A stretch of 64,000 nucleotides of DNA. It comes from Octopus vulgaris. Its lineage: Eukaryota. The notes beneath the pieces are model-generated. The model did no database searches. It was given only the letters and a program-made list of their open reading frames with translations, and was not told where the DNA came from. The stretch's first letter is position 1; every line of letters starts with the position of its first letter. Location: NCBI GenBank assembly GCA_951406725.2, contig OX597814.1, positions 136,152,001 through 136,216,000 on the forward strand. Reading direction: 5' to 3'. The position numbers and the translations under genes were made by a program. Positions 1 to 12,300 of this stretch are shown here, piece after piece.

Positions 1-17
1 TATACAGTGCACGTATG

Positions 18-90
<73 letters not shown>

Positions 91-136
91 ATATATATTG
101 TACACACACACATATATATATAATTTTAAAAATGTA

Positions 137-320
137 GTTAAACGCAAGTGTTATTCAAATCTTTATACTTCCGACATATGTTTCGAAGAAAAGATTGGTG
201 TTATTTCTGAAGGAATTAAATGATGTAAAATAATCATTTTATTCCCTCAAGAATAATACCAATGTTTTCTTCGAAACGTATGTTGGAAGTATAAAAATTT
301 GAATAACACCTACGTTTAAC
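137..320. repeat. Long fold-back inverted repeat (~88-bp arms, 8-nt loop)
   Basis: 137-224 is the reverse complement of 233-320 with about 11 mismatches, mostly transitions. Confidence 0.9.
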
Positions 321-523
321 ACCATTTCTTAATTTATCTATGTCATACAAAAACATTTCACTAAACCCTGGTTCTACCTTTATAGGTAGGCTGTAACATC
401 CTTGGCACTTATGTGAATTATTGCTACCCTGGTAACTATTTATTTATTTATTGGTGTTATTTGTACATGTCGAAAAAATGCACATATGTATATATTGTAC
501 AGATATGTATATATATTGTATAT

Positions 524-557
<34 letters not shown>

Positions 558-647
558 TGTACATATATGTATATATATATTGTACACATATGTATATATA
601 TATTGTACACATATCTATATATATCTTGTATATATATATATAAATTA

Positions 648-819
648 TATAATTAAGGGTATCTAAAAGATACCACCATGCTAGATATAGCAGTCAAAAC
701 TTGACTCTAAAACCACATCAGGCACCAGGAGAAAAGACAGAGAGACAAATAAACTATCAAAAAATTATTTCGACTGCTATCTCTAGCATGGTGGTATCTA
801 TTAGATACCCTTAATTATA
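648..819. repeat. Inverted repeat (~52-bp arms, ~68-bp spacer) next to (TA)n
   Basis: TATAATTAAGGGTATCTAAAAGATACCACCATGCTAGATATAGCAGTCAAAA (648-699) matches the reverse complement of 768-819 with about 3 mismatches. Confidence 0.9.
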
Positions 820-981
820 ATTTTAATAATTATCACCTATGAGGTTATTATTTGTATGTTGGCCACATAATATGATCGGTATTTTAAATAACGATCTTTA
901 TACATACACATATATTGTATGTAAGTATATATATATATATATTTATATATATACACATGAATATATATTTATATATAGTGA

Positions 982-1027
<46 letters not shown>

Positions 1028-1285
1028 TAGTGTACATACACGTGAGGATACACACACATCTGAGAATACCGACAGTAGCACAAACCTATGCAGAAAGTCG
1101 CTTGACTGGCATTTTACTACAAGAATTGAAACAATAAAACCTCTCAAAAACAGAACATACAAAGTCTTAGATGCAATAGGTTTGATGTTGCCGGTCTGTG
1201 GTAACACACTTGCATCCAGACAATTCATGTAGTCAGACCACTCAAGTTCATTCAATTCTCTTAACTATATATGTGTGTGTGTGTG

Positions 1286-1350
<65 letters not shown>

Positions 1351-4300
1351 AAAAATAGGATAAAATCTTCATAAGAATTTACCAAGTAGTTAGCGTGAGA
1401 AACATCATAAGAGAAAAATATCCACCAATTTTTTCACTTAAATATATTTATTATATTATATAGAGGGCATTATTACACATAAATGCCCCCCACCCCCAAT
1501 ATATATATATATATATATATATATAATCACGCTAAATGTATGGCTAACATTTAGAAAACTGGGTCCACCACAGAAAGCTTTTGAAAATAACAGAGCAACA
1601 AACTTTTTCTATTTATCAAATTGTAGAGCGTAGCAACTTTTAAGAAAAAAAAAAAAAAGAAGCCGACTGGTCACTGGGTGTAAATGAAACAGTATTTAAA
1701 TTAATAGTATGAGTGTGTGTGAAAACAGCGAGAAGTAAAACTGGAAAACTAATTGCTGGCATGGGTGAGAGAGAAAGAGAGAGATGAAAGGAGAGGTATG
1801 AATGTGTGAAAAACAAATTGAAATACTGCAAAAACAGGAGGGAAAGGGAGAGATTAAAAGACAGGCAGAGGCAAAGAGAGGCTAGGCTAGCAGCAGTTCA
1901 ACTACAGACTGCAGGGATTAAAATATGATTCCACACCACCCTTCCCCGAATGTCTGCGCGATCGCCTTACATAACAGCTTTTAGGTAGAAATGCTCATTT
2001 GACAATAACTAATTTGTTATCAACGCTTTTACTTTTGTTCTGAATGTTTATTGTTGTTTGTCTTTTTTTAGATGAGAGAAAGAGAAATGAGCAGAGAAAG
2101 GATCTAAGTGGGAGAATGGAAGAATGAGTGACGCCAACGGATGTGTGCAGATAGACAGATATGTTCAAAGCAAGATATAGCCAAGAGAGGAAACAAAAAT
2201 AAAAAAAAACCTGACAGATAGACAGATATATATATATATATATATATATACAGACTTACAGATAGAAACACAAAAGCAGATAGACAAGTTAAGATAGACA
2301 GACACGCGGCAGACATAGAACAGCAGCAATATAGCGGGGGGGGGGAGTCCAGATAAGAAATGAAGATAGATTAAATAGAGGGAGGGAGGGAGAGAGAGAA
2401 GCAGCCAAATAGAAAGTCAGACCGAAGACATAGGCAGAAAGATAGTATTATATATTTATAACTATGTTGATTTGATATATGTGTGTGTATAGATAGATAA
2501 GAAAAACTAGAGTCCGAGTAAACTAGTTATGTGTATAGACAAACAGACAGACAGAGTTAGAGGGAGTGTCTAGAATGGTGGAGAAATAAGGGAAGAACGT
2601 GCCTATGTTTGAGTGTGTCTGCAGTGGTGGGAGGAGAGGGAGAGAGAGAGAAGGGAGGAGCTGTCTAGAGTGGCAATGTCATATCTACACATAGTAACAG
2701 CTTAGTAGTCACCAAGTGAAGCAAACAAGCAGCAGCAACCTTATAAGACAGACAGGGTAAAAAGCAGCAAGCTTAGTGTGTGTGTGTTTGCATTATTGTG
2801 TATTTATGTGTTTGCATGTGTACAGTCAGGTATCGAGCCGGTTCTTCACTGACAGACCTGGGTTGGGAAAAAAAGCAGACAGACAAGACGAGAGAGAGAG
2901 AGAGAGAGAATAAATGAATGAATGAATGAATGAATGAGAGACGAAGACAGAAGCAGACAGAGAGCAAATTTGCATAATTTCTAGACAGATGACTAGACAG
3001 CAGCAGTCGAAACAACAACAACAAATGATATAAGAATAACACTGCTTATTTGGGATTGTCCAAAGCAGTGACACTAACTTTTTACACACACATTTGCAAC
3101 AGACATACACTAAAACACAGATAGACACTCTCAAAATACACAAACATACAGACACATGCAGATAAACACTCCAATATATAGACGGACACGTAGACGCAAA
3201 TAGAGAACTCACCACTCACACAAACGTAGATACTGAATACATAGTCAAGAATGCTCATGGCAGACACACATAGATATACAAACATTAAACGACAGACACA
3301 CTCACCTACATATCGCGTATACAGACACATATGCAAACAAATATACATATGTAGACAGAATAGCTTGTGCAGTTGTATCAGACAGAATCCGCACAACACA
3401 TGCAAATTACACACACACACACATACACATACAAATATAAACGTAAACACATGCTTACAGACAGATACTATACATAGATTTAAAAAATAATACTCTCACG
3501 TAGAGACATATTGCAGACGAAGTAGCTGAACGATAAAATCAGACACATAGAACATAGTCTAGGCGCGTGAATGTACACACATACACACACTCACTCACTT
3601 AAATACTGACAGCAAACCAGGGAAATTTCACATTCAGCAGAAAATGTATTTAACTTCATTGACATTTAACAAAAGGTGTAAAAACAACGGAATTCTGTGC
3701 CTAAGACTTCAGCCGGCAACTAGACATACTTAGTGTTTTATAGCAGACCACTTTAGTGTAAACCGACGCACATGCACAAATACTCTTCTACAGACTCATC
3801 ATACTCAAAACATGCACATCCTTTATATAAATATAACAGAAAAAAATAAAATAAGAAACGTAAATTTAGCTGTTGCTTCCTTAATGCCAATTTCCATGAC
3901 TATAATAACCGTCGTTCCGTTTTCTGAACTTTGCAGCTTTTTTCTTTTCATATTTTAAATAGTTTCGTTAAATTAAACCAAGGCAGTAGTGCTGCTTCGG
4001 TTGGGGCCTTGTAGTTTTGCTTAGTTTCAAATCTTTAGGGTTTGTCAATATCTCATCTGAAGTGCTGAAAATATTGATGAATATAATGTTTCATTCAGGC
4101 ACAAGACGTAAAATTTTGGTGAAATGTTTCTAGTTGTGAGACCTAATGCTATTGAGTTCATGGATTTCCTTGTTGCTTTTCTGGTATCTAATTAAAACAC
4201 GACTGGGGGCAGGTAGTCAAGATTACAGCTTCGGTTGCTTTTGACAACTTGATTTTAAGTCAGTTTGATTACGCTGTTTGCTGGTTTGTTGTTGGAGTGT

Positions 4301-5099
4301 GGTGGTTACGATTCCTGAAGTCGTTTAGCTACAAAAGTCAGCTCTGATCGAGTAGATCTATGATCAAAAGGCACATCTAAGTCAGAATATTCAAAATGAA
4401 AAACCTCCGGAACAAGCAGTGACACAATTTGCTGTTTTAACTCAGCAGTCTCTGACCCCAACCCCACTCACACAAAGTTATATCAACTGACTAAACCCTT
4501 ACTAACTACAAAGGAACAACTGTGAAGCTTCGCCCACCTCACTGAGTTGGTCATAACCAGAACCCCCAAAGAATACTGCACATTGGAAAAAAGTTCAAGA
4601 AAGTAACAGATCCGCAGACAAGTTACACTCTCTATACGACAGGCAACAGCTTGTAGGAGTCCGCAATAACGTCTTCATATAGACAAAAGCAGAAGTACAT
4701 TTGGAGCAACGGATCTTCGTTTGGTCTTTCGATCAGCACTAATCAACAACCACGACAATGAATGTTTTGGCTATGAAACTTTAAAAAAGTAACAAATGAT
4801 ATTCTTTTCAAAGACTGAATATTTAGTACCAAAGTATCTCTACCACAAATTAGCATTAGGGACAGAATAAATTGCTTGTACACAGGCCAATGAAACCTTT
4901 ACATGGTCTCTGGAAATGTTAGCAATAGCAACCAAATCACGTTTGAACAATCCCAACTGTATGAAAAATGAATAAATATAGCATGGAAACTAATTCTGTA
5001 AATAGTATATGCCAGACAGGAAGATGAGAAAGCCATGGCTAGAAAGCCAGCTTCTCAGATCAATACGTCGGACGTATTACAATCTTCAACACGATTGTT

Positions 5100-5315
5100 T
5101 CAAATTTTGGCATAATGTCAGCAATTTTAAGGGCAAAGGATTGATTAGTCGATTGCATCGATCTCGGTATTTGACTGGTACTTAATTTCATCAAACACCG
5201 AAAGGATGAAAGGAAAAGTTCACCGCGGCAGAATCTGAACTCAGAATGTTAAGAGCCGGAAGAAATGTCGCTAACCATTTTGCCCATCACGTTAACAATT
5301 CTGTCAGCTCGCCCG
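5100..5315 (-). mobile_element. tRNA-derived SINE, family B (GGCGGCGAGCTGGCAGAA head), degenerate
   Basis: Reverse complement gives GCGAGCTGACAGAATTGTTAAC...TTCTGAGTTCAGATTC...CCTTTCATCCTTTCGG...AAGTACCAGT, the same as the copies at 10088, 46501 and 61120. Confidence 0.8.
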
Positions 5316-7011
5316 TTATTCCTGAACAAAATTAAACTATGGAATATCTGGAGAGCTGGATCAGGGAGTGGCATCAAGATATAAGACCAACTGTCTATGT
5401 ATCATAAGATTTGAGTACAGCTAAAACGAGATACTCAACAACAATAACTGCATGTATAGTTTTATTAGTAACATAGTAATAGACCCGTTACCAATAACTT
5501 TTTAGGCTTAATTAAAACCAAAATTCAGAATATTGGCGGAGGTCGGGTGTTTCCCACCCGATTCCACATTCATTTTCCCCACCAAAAGTTTCTTTGGGTC
5601 CATATGTTTTCGATATTGGAGATAACGATTTAGTCCCCCCTCCCCCTCCCTATCCATTTAAAAAAAGTTTTCCTTTTTACCCAGTTAAATCCACGTGGAA
5701 AAATACGGAGATTACAAATCTGGAAGAAATATATATATATCTTTTATTTTGAAATTTTCTTAGAAAACATCCTGTGTCGCCCGTCCCCACCCTTCCCGCT
5801 TTTCAAAGGCACTTTCGTTTGCGCATGCGTGAATTGCTCCTGAAACAGCAGACGAAAGGCATACCAAACCCTCACTAGAACACTCGGTATGCTAGAAGTA
5901 GCCGTTAAATGTCTGGAAAATATTTTTACCTCGGCTTAACGATACCTTTGAGGGATTTTATTAGTTTTATTTTATCTAATATAAGGTTTTTAAACTCTGC
6001 TCATAACGAATTGCAAAATAAAAGTTGATCAAGTTGAGCATTGCAAATGAAAATTTCTAATGAATTTTTCTCCCCCCTAAACCTCAACTTCCCATATCTA
6101 TTTCTGATTTGATGCCTTACCACAAATTATTTTACGTATTGCGTTCATATAGAAATAGCAAATAATTCATAAAGAAAATTTCATTAAATTATGCGTATTT
6201 AAACAAATTATGGAAAATTTACCCAGTCACAATTCCATTGAATTATGTTGATTTGCAACCAACATGTGTGTGTGTGAAGGGAGAGAGAAGCAATTGCCTC
6301 AATTTTAGTATTTTTACCCCTTTAAAGTACTCCAGACATCGAACAGTAATAGTCTGAGATCTAAACAGTCAAGTGTCCTTGATGTTGTGGGCACAATAAG
6401 CAACGAACTAAACAGTAAAAATTTTTTTTAAAGAATGCACAGGACTTGCAAAAACATCTTTCTATAACACATGCAACCTTCTAAAGTTTCATTTTATTAA
6501 GTACTCGGTTAGAGAGAATTACTTTTAGTTATAAAACGTTAAGTGCAGAGTTTAGTTTTGATAAAATAACTACGAGTAACAATATTCTGAGAAGTCAGTG
6601 AAATTGTGTTAAGGGTAAGGGTCACTGCAGATACAGATTAAACAGAAACATTTTTATATGCTTTGCAGATTGTTAAGGAAACTTAAATCAAAAACTAAGG
6701 TTACCGCTATAGAAAGCAAGCCATTTAAGAAGCAAAGTAGTAAAACAGTATAAGGAACCCAACAGGGTCTCGTAGTAAGTGAAAAAATAAACAGCATTTT
6801 GTCACCATATTTAAAAGTAACGTCAGAAAACAAGGTCACTGCCAGTGGTATAGAATTTAAGTTATTATGTAAATGAGCAAGCAGTAGAAAATGGGTCAGA
6901 GCAGTGACCTAATGCTAAGGGAGATACAAGAATACTAAATTTTTCATGCAAAGCCCTTTGTCGTCGGAGAGTGAGAGAGAAAGGAAACAAATCATGTTTA
7001 TGGGAGCAATG

Positions 7012-7223
7012 AGCATATATATATGCATAGATGTAGGTATGTACATATATGTATGTATATATGCATATATATATAGGTATGTACATATATGTATGTACAT
7101 ATATGTATGTATATATGCATATATATGTATGTACATATATGTATGTATATATGCATATATATATAGGTATGTACATATATGTATGTATATATGCATATAT
7201 ATATATAGGTATGTACATATATG

Positions 7224-7277
<54 letters not shown>

Positions 7278-7818
7278 TATGTACATATATGTATGTATAT
7301 ATGCATATATATATATAGGTATGTACATATGCATATATATATATATAGGTATGTACATATATGTATGTATATATGCATATATATATAGGTATGTACATAT
7401 ATGTATGTATATATGCATATATATATATATAGGTATGTACATATGCATATATATATATAGGTATGTACATATATGTATGTATATATGCATATATATATAG
7501 GTATGTACATATATGTATGTATATATATATATATATATATAGGTATGTACATATATGTATGTATCCCTAATCATATATATATATATCACATATATGTATG
7601 TATATATGCATATATATAGGTATGTACATATATGTATGTATATATATATGCATAGATGTAGGTATGTACATATATGTATATATGCATATATATAGGTATG
7701 TACATATATGTATGCATATATGCATATATATAGGTATGTACATGCATATATGCATATATATAGGTATGTACATATATGTATGTATATATGCATATATATA
7801 TAGGTATGTACATATATG

Positions 7819-7850
<32 letters not shown>
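7012..7850. repeat. Compound minisatellite (GGTATGTACATATATGTATGTATATATGCATATATATA)n
   Basis: An ~35-40-bp unit repeats many times with variable (TA)n length. Confidence 0.9.
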
Positions 7851-7853
<3 letters not shown>

Positions 7854-8292
7854 CCACTCGCATATGCATGTGAGTGTACGTGCGTCTGTGATTTGTGTAA
7901 TCAATATCTATAATATATATATATTTATGAATGAATATGTGTATCTATCTATCTATCTATCCACATACATACAGATACGTAAACGTATACTTCAACCTTG
8001 TAAGAAAAGTGCTACCGTCCGTAATAATATTCTGCTTGTCAACATGTGTAGGGCGTTTAACAACCTTAACTACAGAACGAAATCGAGGACATAATCGAAG
8101 TCTTCAACACTAACGAAACAATGTTATGAAGATCTATAAATCTGTACATAGAAACAGAAATAAGAACATCTATTAAATGTGAAATTTCCACAGCTCCTGC
8201 TAGTCAACAAATTTTTTCTCCCCTCTCTTCGCTTGGAGAAATGTTGGAGAAGATTGGGCCGTGATAAAAACCCGAAGAGTTGAAATACTTAC

Positions 8293-8338
8293 AGGCCATC
8301 TTGATCTTGTCATTAAAGATTTAGTTATCTATATGATA
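8293..8338 (-). CDS. Putative start-codon exon of an unidentified minus-strand host gene (5'UTR + ATG GCC T, CDS from 8299)
   Basis: Minus strand reads cctgtctttcag|TATCATATAGATAACTAAATCTTTAATGACAAGATCAAGATGGCCT|gtaagt: canonical acceptor, perfect GTAAGT donor, ATG in AAG-ATG-G context, in-frame upstream TAA. All three frames contain a stop, so it is not an internal coding exon. The product cannot be identified from 7 coding nt. Confidence 0.55.
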
Positions 8339-8430
8339 CTGAAAGACAGGCATGTGTGTTTTCTGTTATTGTACAAGACTGATGTAAACTGATGTACGAG
8401 ACGGCTACAATCTAATAAAATTAAGCAAAA

Positions 8431-8499
<69 letters not shown>

Positions 8500-8584
8500 T
8501 GTCTGAGTGTGTATATATGATTATGCATTATAAAATTTATAAAACGAGATGGAAAACAAACAAGCTTAAATCACAAATCAATTA

Positions 8585-8911
8585 GAAGTGGGTATGTGGT
8601 AAGAAGCTTGCTTCCCAACCACATGGTTCCGGGTTCAGTCCCACTGTATGGCACCGTGTGCAAGTGTCTTCTACAATAGATTCGGGCAGACAAAAGTCTT
8701 GTGAGTGGATTTGGTAGATGGAAAGTGAAAGAATCTCGTTATTTCATCTAGTTTCAGCTCACGAGTTGTGGCCATGCTGGGGCACCGCCAATCTGCTATG
8801 CTTACTGCACCTAGGTTTCCCAAGCGATCACCCATCTAAGTACTGACTAGGCTCGACGTTGCTTAACTTCGGTGATCAGACGAGAACCGGTGCTTTCAAC
8901 GTGATATGGCC

Positions 8912-8959
<48 letters not shown>

Positions 8960-9062
8960 AGAATTAGTACTAGGCTTACAAAGAATAAGTCCTGGGGTCG
9001 ATTTGTTCGACTAAAGGCGGTACTCCAGCGTGGCCACAGTAAAAATGATTGAAACAAGAATG
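8585..9062 (+). mobile_element. tRNA-derived SINE, family A (internal microsatellite), interrupted by the 5S-derived insert
   Basis: TGTGGTAAGAAGCTTGCTTCCCAACCACATGGTTCCGGGTTCAGTCCCACTG head; 3' part AGTACTAGGCTTACAAAGAATAAGTCCTGGGGTCGATTTG...GAAACAAG resumes at ~8960. Confidence 0.85.
8799..8914 (-). rRNA. 5S rRNA-derived sequence, near full length (probably a retroposed pseudogene or SINE3 head)
   Basis: Reverse complement TACGGCCATATCACGTTGAAAGCACCGGTTCTCGTCTGATCACCGAAGTTAAGCAACGTCGAGCCTAGTCAGTACTTAGATGGGTGATCGCTTGGGAAACCTAGGTGCAGTAAGCA is recognisable animal 5S with box A (AGTTAAGC) and box C. It lacks about 3 nt at the 5' end and has no oligo-T terminator. Confidence 0.92.
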
Positions 9063-9785
9063 TGTAAGTATTGTGTGTATGTATGTATGTGTGTGCGTGT
9101 ATATATATATGCATGTATGTATCTATGTAATTGTGTATATATACATAGAGCTTATATACTTACCACACACACTCTTTAAACACAATTCAAATCTTAACGT
9201 CTCCTCGTCTGCAATTGTTTTTTACTCTGCATAACTAAACTCATTTACTATTATCACCCTTCCCTATCTCTTCGTTTTCGTCACTCTGGTCATTGACCTC
9301 TTATTAACGCCTTTTTTTTCTCGTCTGGTTAACCCCCTCCTAACCATTACCTCTCATCCGAACCCCCTCCTTCCATTATTTAAACCTTTATGCTCAGTGC
9401 TTACCATAAACATTAAAATGTCAGTACTCTGATCTCCGCATGGCATACAAACTTTAGCTAAATTTGCCAATTTTAACTAAATGACTTATACTGACGCAAA
9501 CCACCAGTAGTTTCCTCGGACTCTAGTTGTTGAACAAACGACCAAAAAGCAATCCAAATCTAAGAACAGACTACATTATCTGTGTCTTTATAAAGATGGC
9601 TGTTAGTTTGTTGAAGGAGATTTGCTTGCTATTTCTAGCAGATCAAGATGAAACGTAGAGCCTCCCTCATTGAGGCTATTGAATGGTAAAGAGTTCTGAT
9701 CGGGACAATTTCAGTTCAGGTATTAATTAGCACGTAATATGCAGATGAGTTGTTTGTAACCAGACTTTAACTGAAGCAGAGTTAC

Positions 9786-10001
9786 CCCTTTTGTATCTGA
9801 AACTGCCCCAAGCACATCAGATACAAACATCCAGTTTTTAAGTCATCAAACTTGAAACCTTACCTCCAAATTTCATGTTTATCTATGATGAAAATACTAC
9901 CTTAATACCTTAATAGTGACAAATTTAATTTGCCTTCATTATTTTCAAAATTAACTGAAATAAATGCAGTATTTTTCAATTAAAATATGGTAACGAAAGG
10001 G
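9786..10001. mobile_element. Degenerate MITE with CCCTTT...AAAGGG ends (piggyBac-like)
   Basis: Ends CCCTTTTGTATC / GGTAACGAAAGGG; the flanks are decayed TTAA-like sites. Confidence 0.45.
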
Positions 10002-10087
10002 TTGCACAAAGTTATAAACATATACAATGCCATCCGATCGACAGTGTTTAAACTGGAAACTATAGAGCTGTACATATTTGCACTTCA

Positions 10088-10321
10088 GGCGGCGAGCTGG
10101 TAGAAACGTTAGCATGCTGGGCGAAATGCTTAGCCGTATTTCGTCTGCCGTTACGTTCTGAGTTCAAATTCCGCCGAGGTCGACTTTGCCTTTCATCCTT
10201 TCGGGGTCGATTAAATAAGTACCAATTACGCACTGGGGTCGTAATAATCGACTTAATCCGTTTGTCGGTCCTTGTTTGTCCCCCCTGTGTTTAGCCCCTT
10301 GTGGGTAGTAAAGAAATAGGT
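10088..10321 (+). mobile_element. tRNA-derived SINE, family B, full length with 15-bp TSD
   Basis: GGCGGCGAGCTGGTAGAAACGTTAGC...GAGTTCAAATTCC (B box)...GCCTTTCATCCTTTCGGGGTCGAT. ATATTTGCACTTCAG is duplicated at 10074-10088 and 10322-10336. Confidence 0.92.
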
Positions 10322-10786
10322 ATATTTGCACTTCAGATGTGTCAGAGCCCCAAACAAGGTAAGACAGCCCACCCAAAACAACCCATTTTTAAAAATCGTT
10401 TTTTTTTTTGGTTTGTTTAAATGCTTTAAAAAGTGAAATAAAGTTTAAGAAGAAATAAAAATGCAAAGAAAAGGGAAATGAGTGAAAATTATATTCAGTT
10501 ATAATTAAATATCAAGGATGAAAGTTACAATTATTGGATGCTATAAGCAAATGTGTGTGTGTGAGTGTGTAGATTGTTCACTAGGTCATTATTCTGGGTT
10601 TCTTGGTTGTGTGCATTTTGTTCAAGCAACAATAACTGGATATCTGTTGCCTCAGTAAAATGCATGCAAACAAGAAACTTAGGTGGCAGTGGGAATCATG
10701 AACTTTGAATGAATAAGAAAACTCTACCTATTATATATGTATTCATCACTTTTGCTCCTGCATGCACAACTAGTGTGTGTGTTTAA

Positions 10787-10937
10787 CTGTTTAGCATTTA
10801 AACTTGTCATATTTGGCCCCAATTTTCTATTTGTTTTATGTTCAAAACAAGCCAGATCCAACCGCTCACTCCTATTCTGCAGTGTCATTGTAGGGTAGAT
10901 GTGAAAAACCTTGAAGCTACAAGAAAAGGCTAAAGTG
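10787..10937. mobile_element. Degenerate piggyBac-like MITE (same family as 12616-12834, opposite orientation)
   Basis: TTAA-CTGTTTAGCATTTAAAC start, GCTAAAGTG end, and internal similarity to the reverse complement of 12616-12834. Confidence 0.5.
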
Positions 10938-10949
10938 TTTTATACATAA

Positions 10950-11285
10950 GGGCATGAATGGTATGGTAGAAAGTTTGTTTTCTAACTACATGGTTCAGGG
11001 TTCAGTCCCACTGCACAGCATGTTGTGCAAGTGTCATCTACTATAACATCAGACCAACCAAAGCCTTGTGAATGGAAGAAGTCTGTTATGTATGTATGTA
11101 TGTATGTGTGTGTGTGTGTGTTTGTCCCCTACCACTGCTTGACAACTGGTGTTGGTGTGTTTACATTCTCATTATTTAGCTTTTCAGCAAAAGGGAGTGA
11201 TAGAATAAGTACCAGGCTTTAAAAAAAAAATAACCTCTTCAAAGAGGGGCCCCAGCATGGCCACAGTCCAATGACTGAAACAAGA
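10950..11285 (+). mobile_element. SINE family A, degenerate full-length copy
   Basis: Head, CAAGTGTC...CTACTATA core, microsatellite, GATAGAATAAGTACCAGGC and CCCAGCATGGCCACAGTCCAATGACTGAAACAAG tail. Confidence 0.85.
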
Positions 11286-11586
11286 TATATGTATGTATAA
11301 ATGAATATATATATATAATGTGTCAGACTTATGCATGATTTTTAGTCGTAAAATTTAAGCCATAGGAATAATTCAACATGTGCTATTCTACATCAAACAA
11401 AAAAACCCCCAAAAAACAAACAAACAAAAAATACAGAAAAAGTAAAATAAATGAAGATGTCATTGATGAAAAAGTGCACCTGAAGTGATGTGGGTTTATT
11501 TGTCATCAATGACAATGGAAAGAAAGGTAGGCAGTAAGTTTCTCAACAGGTTGATAAACAAGGAATAAGAGTGGCATTGCAGTATT

Positions 11587-11808
11587 TTCATTGAGAGACT
11601 ACTCTACCAGAGTGGTGGAATATGTTCATTGAGAGAATACTCCACCGGAGTGGCGGAGCATGTTCATTGAGAGAATACTCCACCGGAGTGGCGGAGCATG
11701 TTCATTGAGAGAATACTCCACCAGAGTGGTGGAGCATGTTCATTGAGAGAATACTCCACCGGAGTGGTGGAGCATGTTCATTGAGAGAATACTCCACCAT
11801 AGTGGAGG
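11587..11808. repeat. 38-bp tandem minisatellite, ~5.8 copies, each with an internal hairpin
   Basis: Unit TTCATTGAGAGAATACTCCACCGGAGTGGYGGAGCATG starts at 11587, 11625, 11663, 11701, 11739 and 11777. Confidence 0.95.
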
Positions 11809-12300
11809 CCAGCTATAAACATTAAATAAATGAATGTTGGTATATATTATGACGGTTGATATTGAAATAAAATTGGATGGGAACTACAGTTCAACTAGGC
11901 AGATGAAAATGCTTTAGAAAACTTATCCTGGTTTCTTGCTTTGTATGAAAAGTAGACTGAATGAGTTATATTTATATGTAACATTGTATTGGTATGAAGG
12001 TGCTTAGGGTACTGCATTCTCAATAGAATAAGTACCGGACTTAAAAAAGACAATTCATTCAGCTAAACTCTTCAAGGTGTTGACCCAGCATTGCCACTGT
12101 CCATTGACTGAAACAAGTATAAGATTAGATAGGTAGATATAAGGCTGGTAGGGGTATCTTGAGGAAGAAATTGAGCAAGAGGCTCAATTCTGCACAAAGA
12201 TGAGATTTTCTGACTGAACATGGAAAAATCCATTTTCTGTGAAATTAATTCTTAAATTGAAAAAATTACCTCCTCTTTCAAAGCCACTAACAATACATAC

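Noticed and set aside
1986-2000. 15-nt inverted match (AAATGAGCATTTCTA) to 25406-25420 in putative exon 1
   Set aside because: Several 15-mer matches are expected by chance in 64 kb of AT-rich DNA.
1560-3700. Alternative internal promoter or first exon of the minus-strand gene (also the donor-like GAG|GTAAGA near 14925)
   Set aside because: The compositional skew is suggestive, but I could not define exon boundaries.
8799-8914. Functional 5S rRNA gene
   Set aside because: The 5' nucleotides are missing, there is no T-run terminator, it is a single copy inside a SINE, and it carries a retroposon tail.
10337-10358. Plus-strand micro-exon candidates (10337-10358 and 13547-13577)
   Set aside because: The AG/GT signals are plausible, but they are antisense to the better-supported minus-strand exons and such matches are expected by chance.
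11587-11808. Palindromic 38-bp repeats resembling a CRISPR array
   Set aside because: The units are contiguous with no unique spacers, there are no cas genes, and the context is eukaryotic.
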